From assembly GCA_016932785.1 (NCBI GenBank), contig JAFGCJ010000002.1:465777-529776 (forward strand): 64,000 bases of DNA. Direction: 5' to 3'. A program made the position numbers and the translations under genes. The DNA is from Candidatus Dojkabacteria bacterium. Lineage in GTDB: Bacteria; Patescibacteriota; Dojkabacteria; SC72; JAFGCJ01. Positions 28,474 through 37,719 of the stretch are shown here, piece by piece (position 1 is the first letter of the stretch; every line of letters begins with the position of its first letter). Under the pieces are notes generated by a model, which had not been told where the DNA came from, ran no database searches, and was given only the letters and a program-made list of their open reading frames with translations.

Positions 28474-29949
28474 TTAAATCGCAACATCTGCGCCCCAAAC
28501 TTGTTTAAGATAGTAATTTGGATCACAGCATGGATCTTCTTCTACGTTACAGGGAGGACTCTCAAGAAGCTCCTCCTGATGTTTGTACCAGTCCGAGGAC
28601 CACCAAACACAATATGTATCTATAAGTTTTCCGCAAACTCTCGCCGTACACTCTGATGCAACAGGAAAATCCGGCATATTCGGAAGTATTTCAGGAACGG
28701 TACCATCTGCATACACACTGCGGAGGAATTCATCACTTGGAGGTGTTCCTAGTGCAACCAATGTATCATGCGCCATATCAAGAGATTTTGGAGGCGCCTC
28801 CTGGTTGAAACCAAAAGGATTCATTATATTAATAACTACCTGATAACTGGCTTTGCAACTTCCCTTCTCACTACAGTCTTCATATGATTCCGGTGAGAAA
28901 ATTTTCTTAAATGTGTAGGATATACCACCAAAAAGCTTCTCAAACCAATTCATGCATACTGTCCTTCCTTCAACCACAGCCACAGGAACGATACACTCCT
29001 GATCTTCTGTATTTACTCGTGCATATGGAAAATCCCCCATAGGTGGATTCAGAAGCGTCACTACCTTATCCTTCGGAGCATTTTCGGCTAACTGTCCCCA
29101 AGGATTAGGACAACCTGTATTAATTGTACCTAAATTTGTACCCTCACATCCCGGGGTTGCAGCCTTTACCGTTGCATCACCGCCCTCTGTGGGACCCTCT
29201 ACATCTTCCCCAACTGCTTGGGCATACATATGAAACTCATAGGGCGAGATTCCCTTGGTAGAAACGCCCATAGTAGGAACTAAATCAGGAGTAAGCAAAT
29301 GATCTCCAAAATTATTACCCTGAGCATCATACTCAAATACACTCTCCTCTGCATTCCATTTAGCATACACATTTCCACCTCCACCAAGATCCTTGTTAAT
29401 ATCAGAATATTCACAGGCCTTGGTCATACTTATGTTATAGGGATTACCATCATTATCTGCCAATCCAGCCCAGTGCTCAGGAATAGTCACAGACACAACT
29501 TCAACAGGACAATCCCGGCTCCCATAATACATCCCAACATCAGGATCTAAAGATGCGTGACCGGTCATATTTACCTTTTCTTCCTGTCTTGAGCAAACAT
29601 AGGGTACTCCTCCAATTGTCGTCCCGCCACAGTAAGGACTTACATCGGAAAGAATCCCCAACACATCACCTGAATCACTGGATCCTGCAGATGTTGAACC
29701 AGATGTCACTCGAACTGGCGTAAGTTCAACTGTATCTGTGTTCTGCAGTACTGACAAAGGGCCTTCATCACTTGCATTTTGATCATCAAAGCTATCACCC
29801 GTTCCCTCTTTTTTCCCTTGGAAATTTACTACAAATACAATTACAAGTGAAAAAAATATCATGAACAACAGAACATAAAGGCCATGATATTCTTCAGTCC
29901 GTTTAACAAAATTGCCTAATTTTCCTAAAGAAATCTTCATCAAAAACAT
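28474..29949 (-). CDS. membrane-anchored, cysteine-rich extracytoplasmic protein of unknown function
   Basis: 491 aa with N-terminal TM 'LYVLLFMIFFSLVIVFVV' and 16 Cys, all in the predicted external part. Confidence 0.55.
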   Translation of the reverse strand: MFLMKISLGKLGNFVKRTEEYHGLYVLLFMIFFSLVIVFVVNFQGKKEGTGDSFDDQNASDEGPLSVLQNTDTVELTPVRVTSGSTSAGSSDSGDVLGILSDVSPYCGGTTIGGVPYVCSRQEEKVNMTGHASLDPDVGMYYGSRDCPVEVVSVTIPEHWAGLADNDGNPYNISMTKACEYSDINKDLGGGGNVYAKWNAEESVFEYDAQGNNFGDHLLTPDLVPTMGVSTKGISPYEFHMYAQAVGEDVEGPTEGGDATVKAATPGCEGTNLGTINTGCPNPWGQLAENAPKDKVVTLLNPPMGDFPYARVNTEDQECIVPVAVVEGRTVCMNWFEKLFGGISYTFKKIFSPESYEDCSEKGSCKASYQVVINIMNPFGFNQEAPPKSLDMAHDTLVALGTPPSDEFLRSVYADGTVPEILPNMPDFPVASECTARVCGKLIDTYCVWWSSDWYKHQEELLESPPCNVEEDPCCDPNYYLKQVWGADVAI

Positions 29950-30006
29950 TCTAAACTAACTAATTATCGAATACAAGCTTTTGCTAAGTTAATAATGTAA
30001 TCCTCC

Positions 30007-31062
30007 TCACAAGATCAGCATGCTATCACCATAACTAAGAAATCTGTAGCCTTTCTCAATCGCCTCTCTATACGCCTCCAAAATAAAGTCTGTTCCAGCA
30101 AATGCACAAACAAGAACCAGCAAACTAGATCTCGGCCGATGAAAATTCGTAATAAGAGCATCAGTAATCTTAAAATTATACCCTGGATACACATAAAGAT
30201 CCGTCTCGCCGCTATAGATGTTCACCTTTCGGCTGGAAACAGCCGATGTCTCGATAGCTCTCAAGGCCGTAGTACCAAATACAAACACACGTCCATCACA
30301 ACTATTCACCATTCTGGCCGCCTCGTCTTTTACCTCCATGAACTCTTCATGGATTTTAAAGTCTTCAATCTGTTCAGTATTAACTGGAGCAAATGTTCCC
30401 CATCCGACAACAAGGTTCACATACGTTGTGTCAACTCCTTTTGCCGCAAACTTACCAAGAAGCTCTTTTGTGACATTAAGACTTGCTGTATTCGAAGCGA
30501 CAGACCCTTCCTTTCGAGCAAAGACCGTATTATATCGCACCTTATCCTCTTTACTATCAGGCCTGTCAATATATGGAGGAAGAGGAACATGACCATATTT
30601 TTCCATTATTTCCTTAGCATCACGTGTCGCAATAATAAATCCAGACTCACCCTCCTTCCTGTTTACAACAAATATTTCAAGACCACCAATCTTCAACTTA
30701 TCACCGATCTTTACATGTCGAGCCCTACCCACAAGACAATACCAAAACTCCATACCTTCATAATCATTTTTGTTTAGATCTCCAGAGATACCCGCACCTG
30801 CAATCTTATTCAAAAAGAAAACTTCGACTTTTCTTCCCGTTCTGGCAACAACGGGATATGTTCTTGCCCAGATAACCTTGGTCTCGTTTAGTACCGCCAA
30901 GTCACCACTAGTCATATACTCCACTATATCGGCATATTTTCGGTGTTTTATTGTCCTGTTCTTCCTATCTAAAACCATCAATCTGCTATCGCCTCTAGTT
31001 TCCGGAGGATACTGGGCAATTAATTCTTCTGGCAGGTCATACTCAAAAGTTGAAGTCTTCAC
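30007..31062 (-). CDS. queA: S-adenosylmethionine:tRNA ribosyltransferase-isomerase
   Basis: 'FEYDLPEELIAQYP', 'RGDSRLMVL', 'VPLPPYI'. Confidence 0.9.
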   Translation of the reverse strand: MKTSTFEYDLPEELIAQYPPETRGDSRLMVLDRKNRTIKHRKYADIVEYMTSGDLAVLNETKVIWARTYPVVARTGRKVEVFFLNKIAGAGISGDLNKNDYEGMEFWYCLVGRARHVKIGDKLKIGGLEIFVVNRKEGESGFIIATRDAKEIMEKYGHVPLPPYIDRPDSKEDKVRYNTVFARKEGSVASNTASLNVTKELLGKFAAKGVDTTYVNLVVGWGTFAPVNTEQIEDFKIHEEFMEVKDEAARMVNSCDGRVFVFGTTALRAIETSAVSSRKVNIYSGETDLYVYPGYNFKITDALITNFHRPRSSLLVLVCAFAGTDFILEAYREAIEKGYRFLSYGDSMLIL

Positions 31063-31130
31063 AGATTCTTTATAAGAATAAAATCTAATGCTACAATTAG
31101 TACATTAATTCAGGTCAAGATTATATTACA

Positions 31131-32108
31131 ATGGAGCCAATAAGAACAGTTTTCATAGGAACATCAGAAGAAGGAGTGTCTTCTCTTGAAGGCATAATCG
31201 CCCATAAAGATTTCGATGTTGTAGGTGTTGTCACACAGCCAGACAAACCAGTAGGAAGGAAACAAGAACTAACTCCAACTCCAATTAAAACAATTGCTCT
31301 ATCAAAAAAAATCAAGCTATACACGCCACAGAACAAACTTCAATCATACAAAGATATGCTTGAAGAAACCGACCCCGAACTGATAGTTACAATAGCCTTT
31401 GGCGAATTCTTACCAAGAATTGTTATTGATTACCCAAAATATAAATGCATTAATATTCACTATTCCCTCTTACCTCAGCTCAGAGGCGCCGTCCCTGTTC
31501 AAATGGCCATACTGGAAGGTCTAGAAAAAACCGGAGTAACAATTCAGATAATGGAGGTAGAATGTGATACTGGACCAATCCTAGCCCAGAAAGAAATTTC
31601 CATAGAACCAAAAGACACAACACCTACTCTAAAAGAAAAGCTTATTGAGTCAGGCCAGAATCTCCTAATTGAAACACTAGTTCCATGGGTTAATGGCAAA
31701 ATAACCCCAACGAAACAGAAATGCGATTGTCCTGAATATTGCTTCAAAAAAGATATCTCAAAGGAAAATGCTGAAATAGATTGGGAAAGAATGGATCCCG
31801 AATACATTGAACGCATGGTACGGGCACTGCTTCCCTGGCCGGTAGCATGGACTACTCACAATGGAAAAAGGATCAAGATTTACGAAGCTGAACTTGCAGA
31901 GCTAAATATAGAATCTTCTCCGGGTGAGATTATTATTATGAACAAAGAAATATACTTCACAACTAAAGATCCTAATAAGTCACTCAAGGTCACTTCACTA
32001 CAACCTGAAGGGAAGAATATCATGAAGGCAGAACAATTTATCTGCGGCTGGAAGGGAAAAGGATATAGCACATCCCCGAACAATAACGATCAAGGCTGTC
32101 CTGATTAG
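31131..32108 (+). CDS. fmt: methionyl-tRNA formyltransferase
   Basis: 'VVTQPDKPVGRKQELTPTPIK' and 'INIHYSLLPQLRGAVPV'. Confidence 0.9.
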   Translation: MEPIRTVFIGTSEEGVSSLEGIIAHKDFDVVGVVTQPDKPVGRKQELTPTPIKTIALSKKIKLYTPQNKLQSYKDMLEETDPELIVTIAFGEFLPRIVIDYPKYKCINIHYSLLPQLRGAVPVQMAILEGLEKTGVTIQIMEVECDTGPILAQKEISIEPKDTTPTLKEKLIESGQNLLIETLVPWVNGKITPTKQKCDCPEYCFKKDISKENAEIDWERMDPEYIERMVRALLPWPVAWTTHNGKRIKIYEAELAELNIESSPGEIIIMNKEIYFTTKDPNKSLKVTSLQPEGKNIMKAEQFICGWKGKGYSTSPNNNDQGCPD

Positions 32109-32556
32109 GGGACTAAGCAGCTCATAAGCCGGATTCTGTTTCAGATGACTATCTCTCTTCCCGCTAACCCCTAGCACAAAATTTCGTATAAACATATCTT
32201 ATGCCACAAGTTAGCGGGACCCATAATCGCACTAGACTTTACAAGCAAAGCGCGAAATAGGATGCAGCAGTATATTTGCCTTGCTCCGAACGGGGGTTGC
32301 AATGCATCTGACCATTACTGATCAGACCGGTGGTCTCTTACACCACCATTTCACCCTCACCCCGCTAACTTACAGTACGCAGCGCATATTGCAAGCAAGC
32401 GGGGCGGTTTACTTTCTGTTGCCCTTTTATCCGAAAGATCACTCCCTCCCTGCTCTCGCAGGCGTCCACCCCGATTAAGTCGGGGCCACTTGGAGTCCGG
32501 ACTTTCCTCATAGCATTCAAAAAGAAAGCCATGCAGTCATCTGAGATACTTAGTCC
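32108..32556 (-). ncRNA. rnpB: RNase P RNA (bacterial type A-like)
   Basis: Minus strand carries CR-I GAGGAAAGUCCGGACUCC (plus 32492-32509) and ACAGAAUCCGGCUUAUGAG (plus 32121-32139). P1 helix is GGACUAAG (5', 32549-32556) with CUUAGUCC (3', 32110-32117). The ends are approximate. Confidence 0.85.
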
Positions 32557-32563
32557 TTAACAA

Positions 32564-32569
32564 TTATAC
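32564..32569 (-). promoter_or_regulatory. -10 box TATAAT of rnpB
   Basis: Minus strand TATAAT lies 7 nt upstream of the predicted RNase P RNA 5' G. Confidence 0.45.
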
Positions 32570-32656
32570 CATAATACACTATAGGATTCATTCGCGGCGA
32601 CAAGATATTATTTGGTAATTAAGAAATATTTAACATTTAAAGAATAAACTACATAT

Positions 32657-34162
32657 ATGTACTCAAGAGTCTTTTCCGCTTCAAATATTGGAATACAAGG
32701 TTATCCTGTCATCGTTGAAACACATATAGCCCGAGGGCTACCCAGATTCAGCATTATAGGACTTCCCGATAAAACTGTTAAAGAGGCAAAGGAAAGAGTC
32801 TCTACGGCAATCAAAAGCTCAGGTTTTACTTTACCCCTACGAAGAATAACTGTTAACCTGGCTCCACCCAATATACCTAAGCACGGAAACAACTTTGATC
32901 TTGCAATAGCAGTAGGAATTCTTATTGCAAGCAATCAAATAAAGCTTCAACTGACAATCAATATGAAGAGAGTTGTATTTATAGGAGGTCTTAGTCTTAA
33001 TGGCACTGTTGAACCCACAAGAGGTACCCCTATCCTTGTAGAGGCAGCAGCGCAAGAAGGATACACCAATATACTTATTTCTTCTAGCGAGGAACAAATC
33101 ACAACAAAGCCTGATAATACGAAAGTCTTCTATCAGAAATCACTAAACAGTACTGTCCAGTTTCTGCAAGGAAATAGATCTCACCTACGTACAACACCAA
33201 AAATAGTACCAGTCCCGAAAAATGCTCCAAAAGCCGATATTGCAAATATATATGGGAAAGAATGTGCCAAGAGAGCACTTATTATTTCTGCAGCAGGAAG
33301 ACACAACATATCTCTGTCAGGTCCACCAGGATGCGGAAAAACAATTGTCGCACGATCTCTCTCAGATATAATGCCCAATCTTACTCCAGAAGAGAAGTTG
33401 GAACTGCACAAAATATATAGCCTATGCAATGAAAAATTACCCCTGGCTCGTCCATTTAGATCACCCCACCACACGATAACAATCAATTCTTTAATAGGAG
33501 GAGGAGCAATTCCTACTCCGGGAGAAATCAGCCTAGCTGATAAAGGCGTACTTTTCCTAGATGAATTTCCTCTGTTCGGTACTAAATTGATAAACTCACT
33601 AAGACAACCATTAGAAGATAGATCAGTTCTAATCTCAAGAAAATCAGGCACGATTATTTTTCCCGCTGACTTCATTCTTGTCACAGCAATGAATCTATGT
33701 CCTTGCGGATTTCTAAATCACCCAACAAAGAAATGTACCTGTCGAGTACATGAAATCAAGAATTTTCAGAATAAAATATCAAATGCAATATGGGACAGAA
33801 TGGACATAAATATCACATTGGCATCCGAAAAATGCTCAAGTGTCTTTAAACACGATAGCACTAAAGGTTCTGATATTCTAAGAAAAACAGTAGAATCGAC
33901 CTGGCAAACACAGTCCATTCGAGGCATCATGAACTCTCAGATTCAAATGAGTCAGATAAGAGATCTCTGTCCAATGACGTCAGGAGCCAAAAGCCTCATT
34001 CGGGACAGCTCAGAACGGCTTGGTCTCTCAACAAGGGGTACCCTCAGAACGATACGATTATCAAGAACTATCGCAGATATTGAGAATCGAAGAATAATAG
34101 ATGAAAATCATATGGCTGAGGCAATTTCATACCGAAGAAATATAGTCTCTGCAATAGGCTAA
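32657..34162 (+). CDS. comM: YifB/ComM family Mg-chelatase-like AAA+ ATPase
   Basis: 'GLPDKTVKEAKERV', Walker A 'LSGPPGCGKT', 'VLFLDEFPLF'. Confidence 0.85.
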   Translation: MYSRVFSASNIGIQGYPVIVETHIARGLPRFSIIGLPDKTVKEAKERVSTAIKSSGFTLPLRRITVNLAPPNIPKHGNNFDLAIAVGILIASNQIKLQLTINMKRVVFIGGLSLNGTVEPTRGTPILVEAAAQEGYTNILISSSEEQITTKPDNTKVFYQKSLNSTVQFLQGNRSHLRTTPKIVPVPKNAPKADIANIYGKECAKRALIISAAGRHNISLSGPPGCGKTIVARSLSDIMPNLTPEEKLELHKIYSLCNEKLPLARPFRSPHHTITINSLIGGGAIPTPGEISLADKGVLFLDEFPLFGTKLINSLRQPLEDRSVLISRKSGTIIFPADFILVTAMNLCPCGFLNHPTKKCTCRVHEIKNFQNKISNAIWDRMDINITLASEKCSSVFKHDSTKGSDILRKTVESTWQTQSIRGIMNSQIQMSQIRDLCPMTSGAKSLIRDSSERLGLSTRGTLRTIRLSRTIADIENRRIIDENHMAEAISYRRNIVSAIG

Positions 34163-34560
34163 CGCTTAGAGAATTGAGGTCTCTTCCTAGCTTTGATAAG
34201 GAAATACTTTTTCCTCTCCTTCATCCGTGGATCACGACTCATCAGGTTCTCTTTACTTAGAGCTTCTCTCTTATCTGCGTCCCACTCAACAAGGGCTCTA
34301 GCTAACCCTAGCTTAATAGCATCTAACTGACCTACAATACCCCCTCCACTAACATGCGCAGAGAAATGAAACTTATCAACGGCACCCGTGACCACAAGAG
34401 GTCTCAGAAGATCTTTTTGCTGTTGGTCATCTTTAAAAACTTCCTCATAAGGTTTGTCATTAACAACTGAAGCACCTTTACCCTCGTAAATTCTTACTCG
34501 AGCCTTAGAGGTCTTTCTTGTTCCTGTTCCTTCAAAGTATTTCTTAGTTGCCTTTGCCAT
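34159..34560 (-). CDS. rpsI: 30S ribosomal protein S9
   Basis: 'GGGIVGQLDAIKLGLARAL' and C-terminal 'KARKRPQFSKR'. Confidence 0.9.
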   Translation of the reverse strand: MAKATKKYFEGTGTRKTSKARVRIYEGKGASVVNDKPYEEVFKDDQQQKDLLRPLVVTGAVDKFHFSAHVSGGGIVGQLDAIKLGLARALVEWDADKREALSKENLMSRDPRMKERKKYFLIKARKRPQFSKR

Positions 34561-34576
34561 AGTTTTTTACAAAAAT

Positions 34577-35014
34577 TTATTTCTCAAGCTCATAAACTTC
34601 AGGTTTCTGAGCACTATGTTTGTGATCACTTCCAGCATAGGTAAAAAGCCGTGTAAACATGCTCGCACGCAGTTTATTGTTCGGAAGCATATTCTTTACC
34701 GCAAGTTCTACTACCTCACAAGGGTTTTTCTTCATCATTTCTTCGAGAGTTCTTTCCCGAAAACCATCCGGATATCCACTGTGCCGATAATACATCTTAT
34801 CCGTCATCTTCTTCCCAGACACCTCTAATTCAGAACAATTAATAACAATTACATAGTCTCCACAATCCATGTTTGGTACACGATTTACCTTAGATTTTCC
34901 AATAAGCAAACTCGCTATTTGAGTTGCGGCACGACCAAGGGTCTGACCAGCAATATCAACAAGATACCATTTTCTTTTTATTTCTTTTTCTCTTAACCAA
35001 GACGTCCTCACCAA
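34577..35014 (-). CDS. rplM: 50S ribosomal protein L13
   Basis: 'KWYLVDIAGQTLGRAATQIASLL' and 'YYRHSGYPGG'-like 'YYRHSGYPDG'. Confidence 0.9.
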   Translation of the reverse strand: MVRTSWLREKEIKRKWYLVDIAGQTLGRAATQIASLLIGKSKVNRVPNMDCGDYVIVINCSELEVSGKKMTDKMYYRHSGYPDGFRERTLEEMMKKNPCEVVELAVKNMLPNNKLRASMFTRLFTYAGSDHKHSAQKPEVYELEK

Positions 35015-35027
35015 ACTTTAAATAAAA

Positions 35028-35690
35028 TTATATCCCCGACCGGGCTCTGGTACGAACCTTATTGTCAGAAGCACGTGTATCAATATTTTTCCTCCCGAGA
35101 AGTCTACCCCTAAGCATAGCCAAAAGCCCTTCTTTTCTTTCCTTAACTGGCTCGGCCGTACTTTTGGGTTTCTTTTCCTCCTTTTTAGGTACAGTTTTGC
35201 CTTTTTTCTGAGTTTTTGCAGTAGACTCCTTTGCTGGTTGCTTTGGAGTAGCTTTCTTAGGTTTCTTAACGGTCTTTCTAGCCTTCGGCTTACGATCCTT
35301 CTCAAATGACTTCAAAAAATCCTCAAAAAGATACAACGATACCTCTGACATCTCTGAGTTATCCCCATCTCTAAATCTCGTACGGACAATACTTACAAAC
35401 CCAGCAATTTTCTCCGGATCATTAGCTTTAACAAAGTCTGAGTATTTACATACCATCTCAGATGCTTTATTGCTGGCAAGCCTTCTCTGCAAAGCCAGTT
35501 TTCTTGTCCGTCCTTCACTTTTTGCACAAAAAGACAACTGGTCATCAGCAAAACTCTTAAGTATTTTTGCCTTAGCTGAGACCGTCTCAATCTTGCCATA
35601 CTTAACAAGAGAAGAAAACATATTTCTTAAGAGAATCTTGCTATGGCCACTCTTGTTATTTAGCTTTCTTTTTGAAATTCCCTTTTTCAT
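35028..35690 (-). CDS. rplQ: 50S ribosomal protein L17 with a roughly 100-aa Lys-rich C-terminal extension
   Basis: 'KLNNKSGHSKILLRNMFSSLVKYGKIETVSAKAK'; follows rpoA as in the alpha operon. Confidence 0.85.
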   Translation of the reverse strand: MKKGISKRKLNNKSGHSKILLRNMFSSLVKYGKIETVSAKAKILKSFADDQLSFCAKSEGRTRKLALQRRLASNKASEMVCKYSDFVKANDPEKIAGFVSIVRTRFRDGDNSEMSEVSLYLFEDFLKSFEKDRKPKARKTVKKPKKATPKQPAKESTAKTQKKGKTVPKKEEKKPKSTAEPVKERKEGLLAMLRGRLLGRKNIDTRASDNKVRTRARSGI

Positions 35691-36619
35691 TAACCTAATT
35701 CAACCCCCAATTTTTTCAAGTATGCTTTGAGCTCATCCAAACCCTTAGCACCAAATCCAGAAATATCAAGTAGATCCTCTGGAGTCTTGCCAACAAGATC
35801 CTTGACCTGCTTGTATCCCGCATCAACCAGACTAGATTTTGACCTTGTCGAAATATCAAGATCTTCAACCAACATTTCACCTACATCTTCTCCCTCCTTC
35901 GCAGGCTTTTGTTCTTTAGATGAAGAAGGAGCAGATTCTCCTCCAGATAGCAAAAACACCTGAGAAAACGCATCCCTCAAAACCTGAGAAGCATATGCTA
36001 CCGCCTCTCTTGAATCTATCGACCCATCTGTAAAAACAGTCATTGTTGCTTGGTCAAGGTTCATCTTCTCACCTTTTCTTGTTTCCTCAATATTGTACAT
36101 AACTCTCTCAACCGGACTGAAGCTTGCATCCATTGGTAACCTACCAGCTTCAGATCTAACATCCTCATCCGCAAGCCTGTAACCAACACCACGCTCAACA
36201 ACAAGCTCCATCTCTACGGCTGACCCTTTATCTGTAATAGTTGCAATCTTAGCGTTCTTATCCATCACCTCCACCGATTCGGTAAGGTCAAGATCGCCGG
36301 CTATGATTTCTCCTTCACCCTTCTTAGTTAGCCGTACAATTTGAGGTTCATCACTCTTACATGAGAATCTTATACCTTTAAGATTCATCATTATCTCAAC
36401 AACATTTTCCTTAACTCCTTCAACAGTGGAATATTCATGCTCAATTCCAGCAACTCTTATGCTTGTCACTGCAGCACCAGGAAGAGATGACAGAAGAACC
36501 CTTCTCAAAGAGTTAGCTACAGTATTTCCATATCCTCTGGGAAGAGGGCCTATTTTATAAACACCCTTCTTTCCATCGTTTTCTAATTCTTCTACGTTCA
36601 AATCTTTAAAATCGATCAT
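35690..36619 (-). CDS. rpoA: DNA-directed RNA polymerase alpha subunit
   Basis: 'GYGNTVANSLRRVLLSSLPGAAVTSIRV' and a C-terminal HhH domain. Confidence 0.9.
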   Translation of the reverse strand: MIDFKDLNVEELENDGKKGVYKIGPLPRGYGNTVANSLRRVLLSSLPGAAVTSIRVAGIEHEYSTVEGVKENVVEIMMNLKGIRFSCKSDEPQIVRLTKKGEGEIIAGDLDLTESVEVMDKNAKIATITDKGSAVEMELVVERGVGYRLADEDVRSEAGRLPMDASFSPVERVMYNIEETRKGEKMNLDQATMTVFTDGSIDSREAVAYASQVLRDAFSQVFLLSGGESAPSSSKEQKPAKEGEDVGEMLVEDLDISTRSKSSLVDAGYKQVKDLVGKTPEDLLDISGFGAKGLDELKAYLKKLGVELG

Positions 36620-36646
36620 TATGGACGAATTTATAAAAATTTATTA

Positions 36647-37246
36647 CTATCTCGAGTAGTACTCAATTATTAGATACTCCTTTATTTCCTCATCCATCAT
36701 ATCTCTTGTAGGTTCACTCGTAACTTCACCACCCTTGGAGCTCTTCTTGAGCCATTTAGGTGGCTTTACTGAAGGAGCAGCACCACGACTAAATTTTGAA
36801 TCAGATACCTCAATAGTCTCACCCACGGTTACGATATAGGATGGCACTCTTACCTTCCTACCTGAAACCTTTATTTTTCCATGACTAACTAACTGCCTGG
36901 CTGAAGCCCTAGAGGGCGCTAGACCAAGTAAATAAACGACATTGTCAAGTCTCATTTCAAGATACTGCAACAGTTTCAAACCTTTATCCCCTCCAGATTC
37001 AGCTGCTTTTTTAAAGTAATTTTTCATCTGTCTCTCGGTTATGCCATACATTCTCTTTACTTTCTGTTTCTCCCTAAGACGAACCGCATAGTTGGACATT
37101 CTTGGCATAAATGCAGTAGATTTTCCAGGTAATGACTGGCGTCTTGAAAGAGAGCATTTATCGGTGTAGCAACGCTCACCTTTAAGGAAAAGCTTTGTCT
37201 GCTCTCTTCTACACAGCTTACATTTTGAACCAATTTCTCTAGCCAT
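36647..37246 (-). CDS. rpsD: 30S ribosomal protein S4
   Basis: 'CKLCRREQTKLFLKGERC' and an S4 RNA-binding domain. Confidence 0.9.
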   Translation of the reverse strand: MAREIGSKCKLCRREQTKLFLKGERCYTDKCSLSRRQSLPGKSTAFMPRMSNYAVRLREKQKVKRMYGITERQMKNYFKKAAESGGDKGLKLLQYLEMRLDNVVYLLGLAPSRASARQLVSHGKIKVSGRKVRVPSYIVTVGETIEVSDSKFSRGAAPSVKPPKWLKKSSKGGEVTSEPTRDMMDEEIKEYLIIEYYSR

Positions 37247-37263
37247 AGTATTATTAATAAATT

Positions 37264-37695
37264 CTAATTTCTTGGCGGTCTACGCGGACGACAGCCATTA
37301 TGTGGAATAGGAGTTAAATCGGATAATAAAGTAACACGAATTCCCGCAGAATCAATTCCCTTAACAGCGGCATTTCTGCCTTGACCGGGTCCTTTTAGGT
37401 ATATCTTAACCTCTTTAACCCCACACTTTAATGCCTTAAGAGCCGCATCTTCTGCTGCTTTCGTTGCAGCAAAGGCCGTACTTTTCTTCGTTCCCTTAAA
37501 CCCTACCATCCCAGGGCTGCTTGAAGCCAATACATTACCATCAAGATCAGTAAAAGTTACAATTGTATTATTAAATGTGGCCCAAACATAAACCAAAGCC
37601 TCTGGAGCATTAGTTTTAACTTTCTTACTTTTAGTCTTCTTGTCACTAGACTTGGGACTCTCTTTTGGCTTTGTTTCCTTTTTCTTTTCTGCCAT
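37264..37695 (-). CDS. rpsK: 30S ribosomal protein S11 (Lys-rich N-terminal extension)
   Basis: 'NNTIVTFTDLDGNVLASSS' and 'TPIPHNGCRPRRPPR'. Confidence 0.9.
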   Translation of the reverse strand: MAEKKKETKPKESPKSSDKKTKSKKVKTNAPEALVYVWATFNNTIVTFTDLDGNVLASSSPGMVGFKGTKKSTAFAATKAAEDAALKALKCGVKEVKIYLKGPGQGRNAAVKGIDSAGIRVTLLSDLTPIPHNGCRPRRPPRN

Positions 37696-37719
37696 AAAAA
37701 AAGTAATTATATTAAAAAA

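Noticed and set aside
24615-29949. Interpretation of the queA-tgt module as a prophage remnant (tape-measure protein with M23) or a type IV secretion system.
   Set aside because: No capsid, terminase, integrase or att-like repeats are present, and no VirB4/VirD4-type ATPases occur in the window. Any similarity to VirB6 or tape-measure proteins is only compositional by eye, so I left it as an uncharacterised module.
32281-32478. Track ORFs 32281-32478(+) and 31998-32195(-) as candidate protein genes.
   Set aside because: They lie within the RNase P RNA gene, and their GC-rich, structured sequence explains the open frames.
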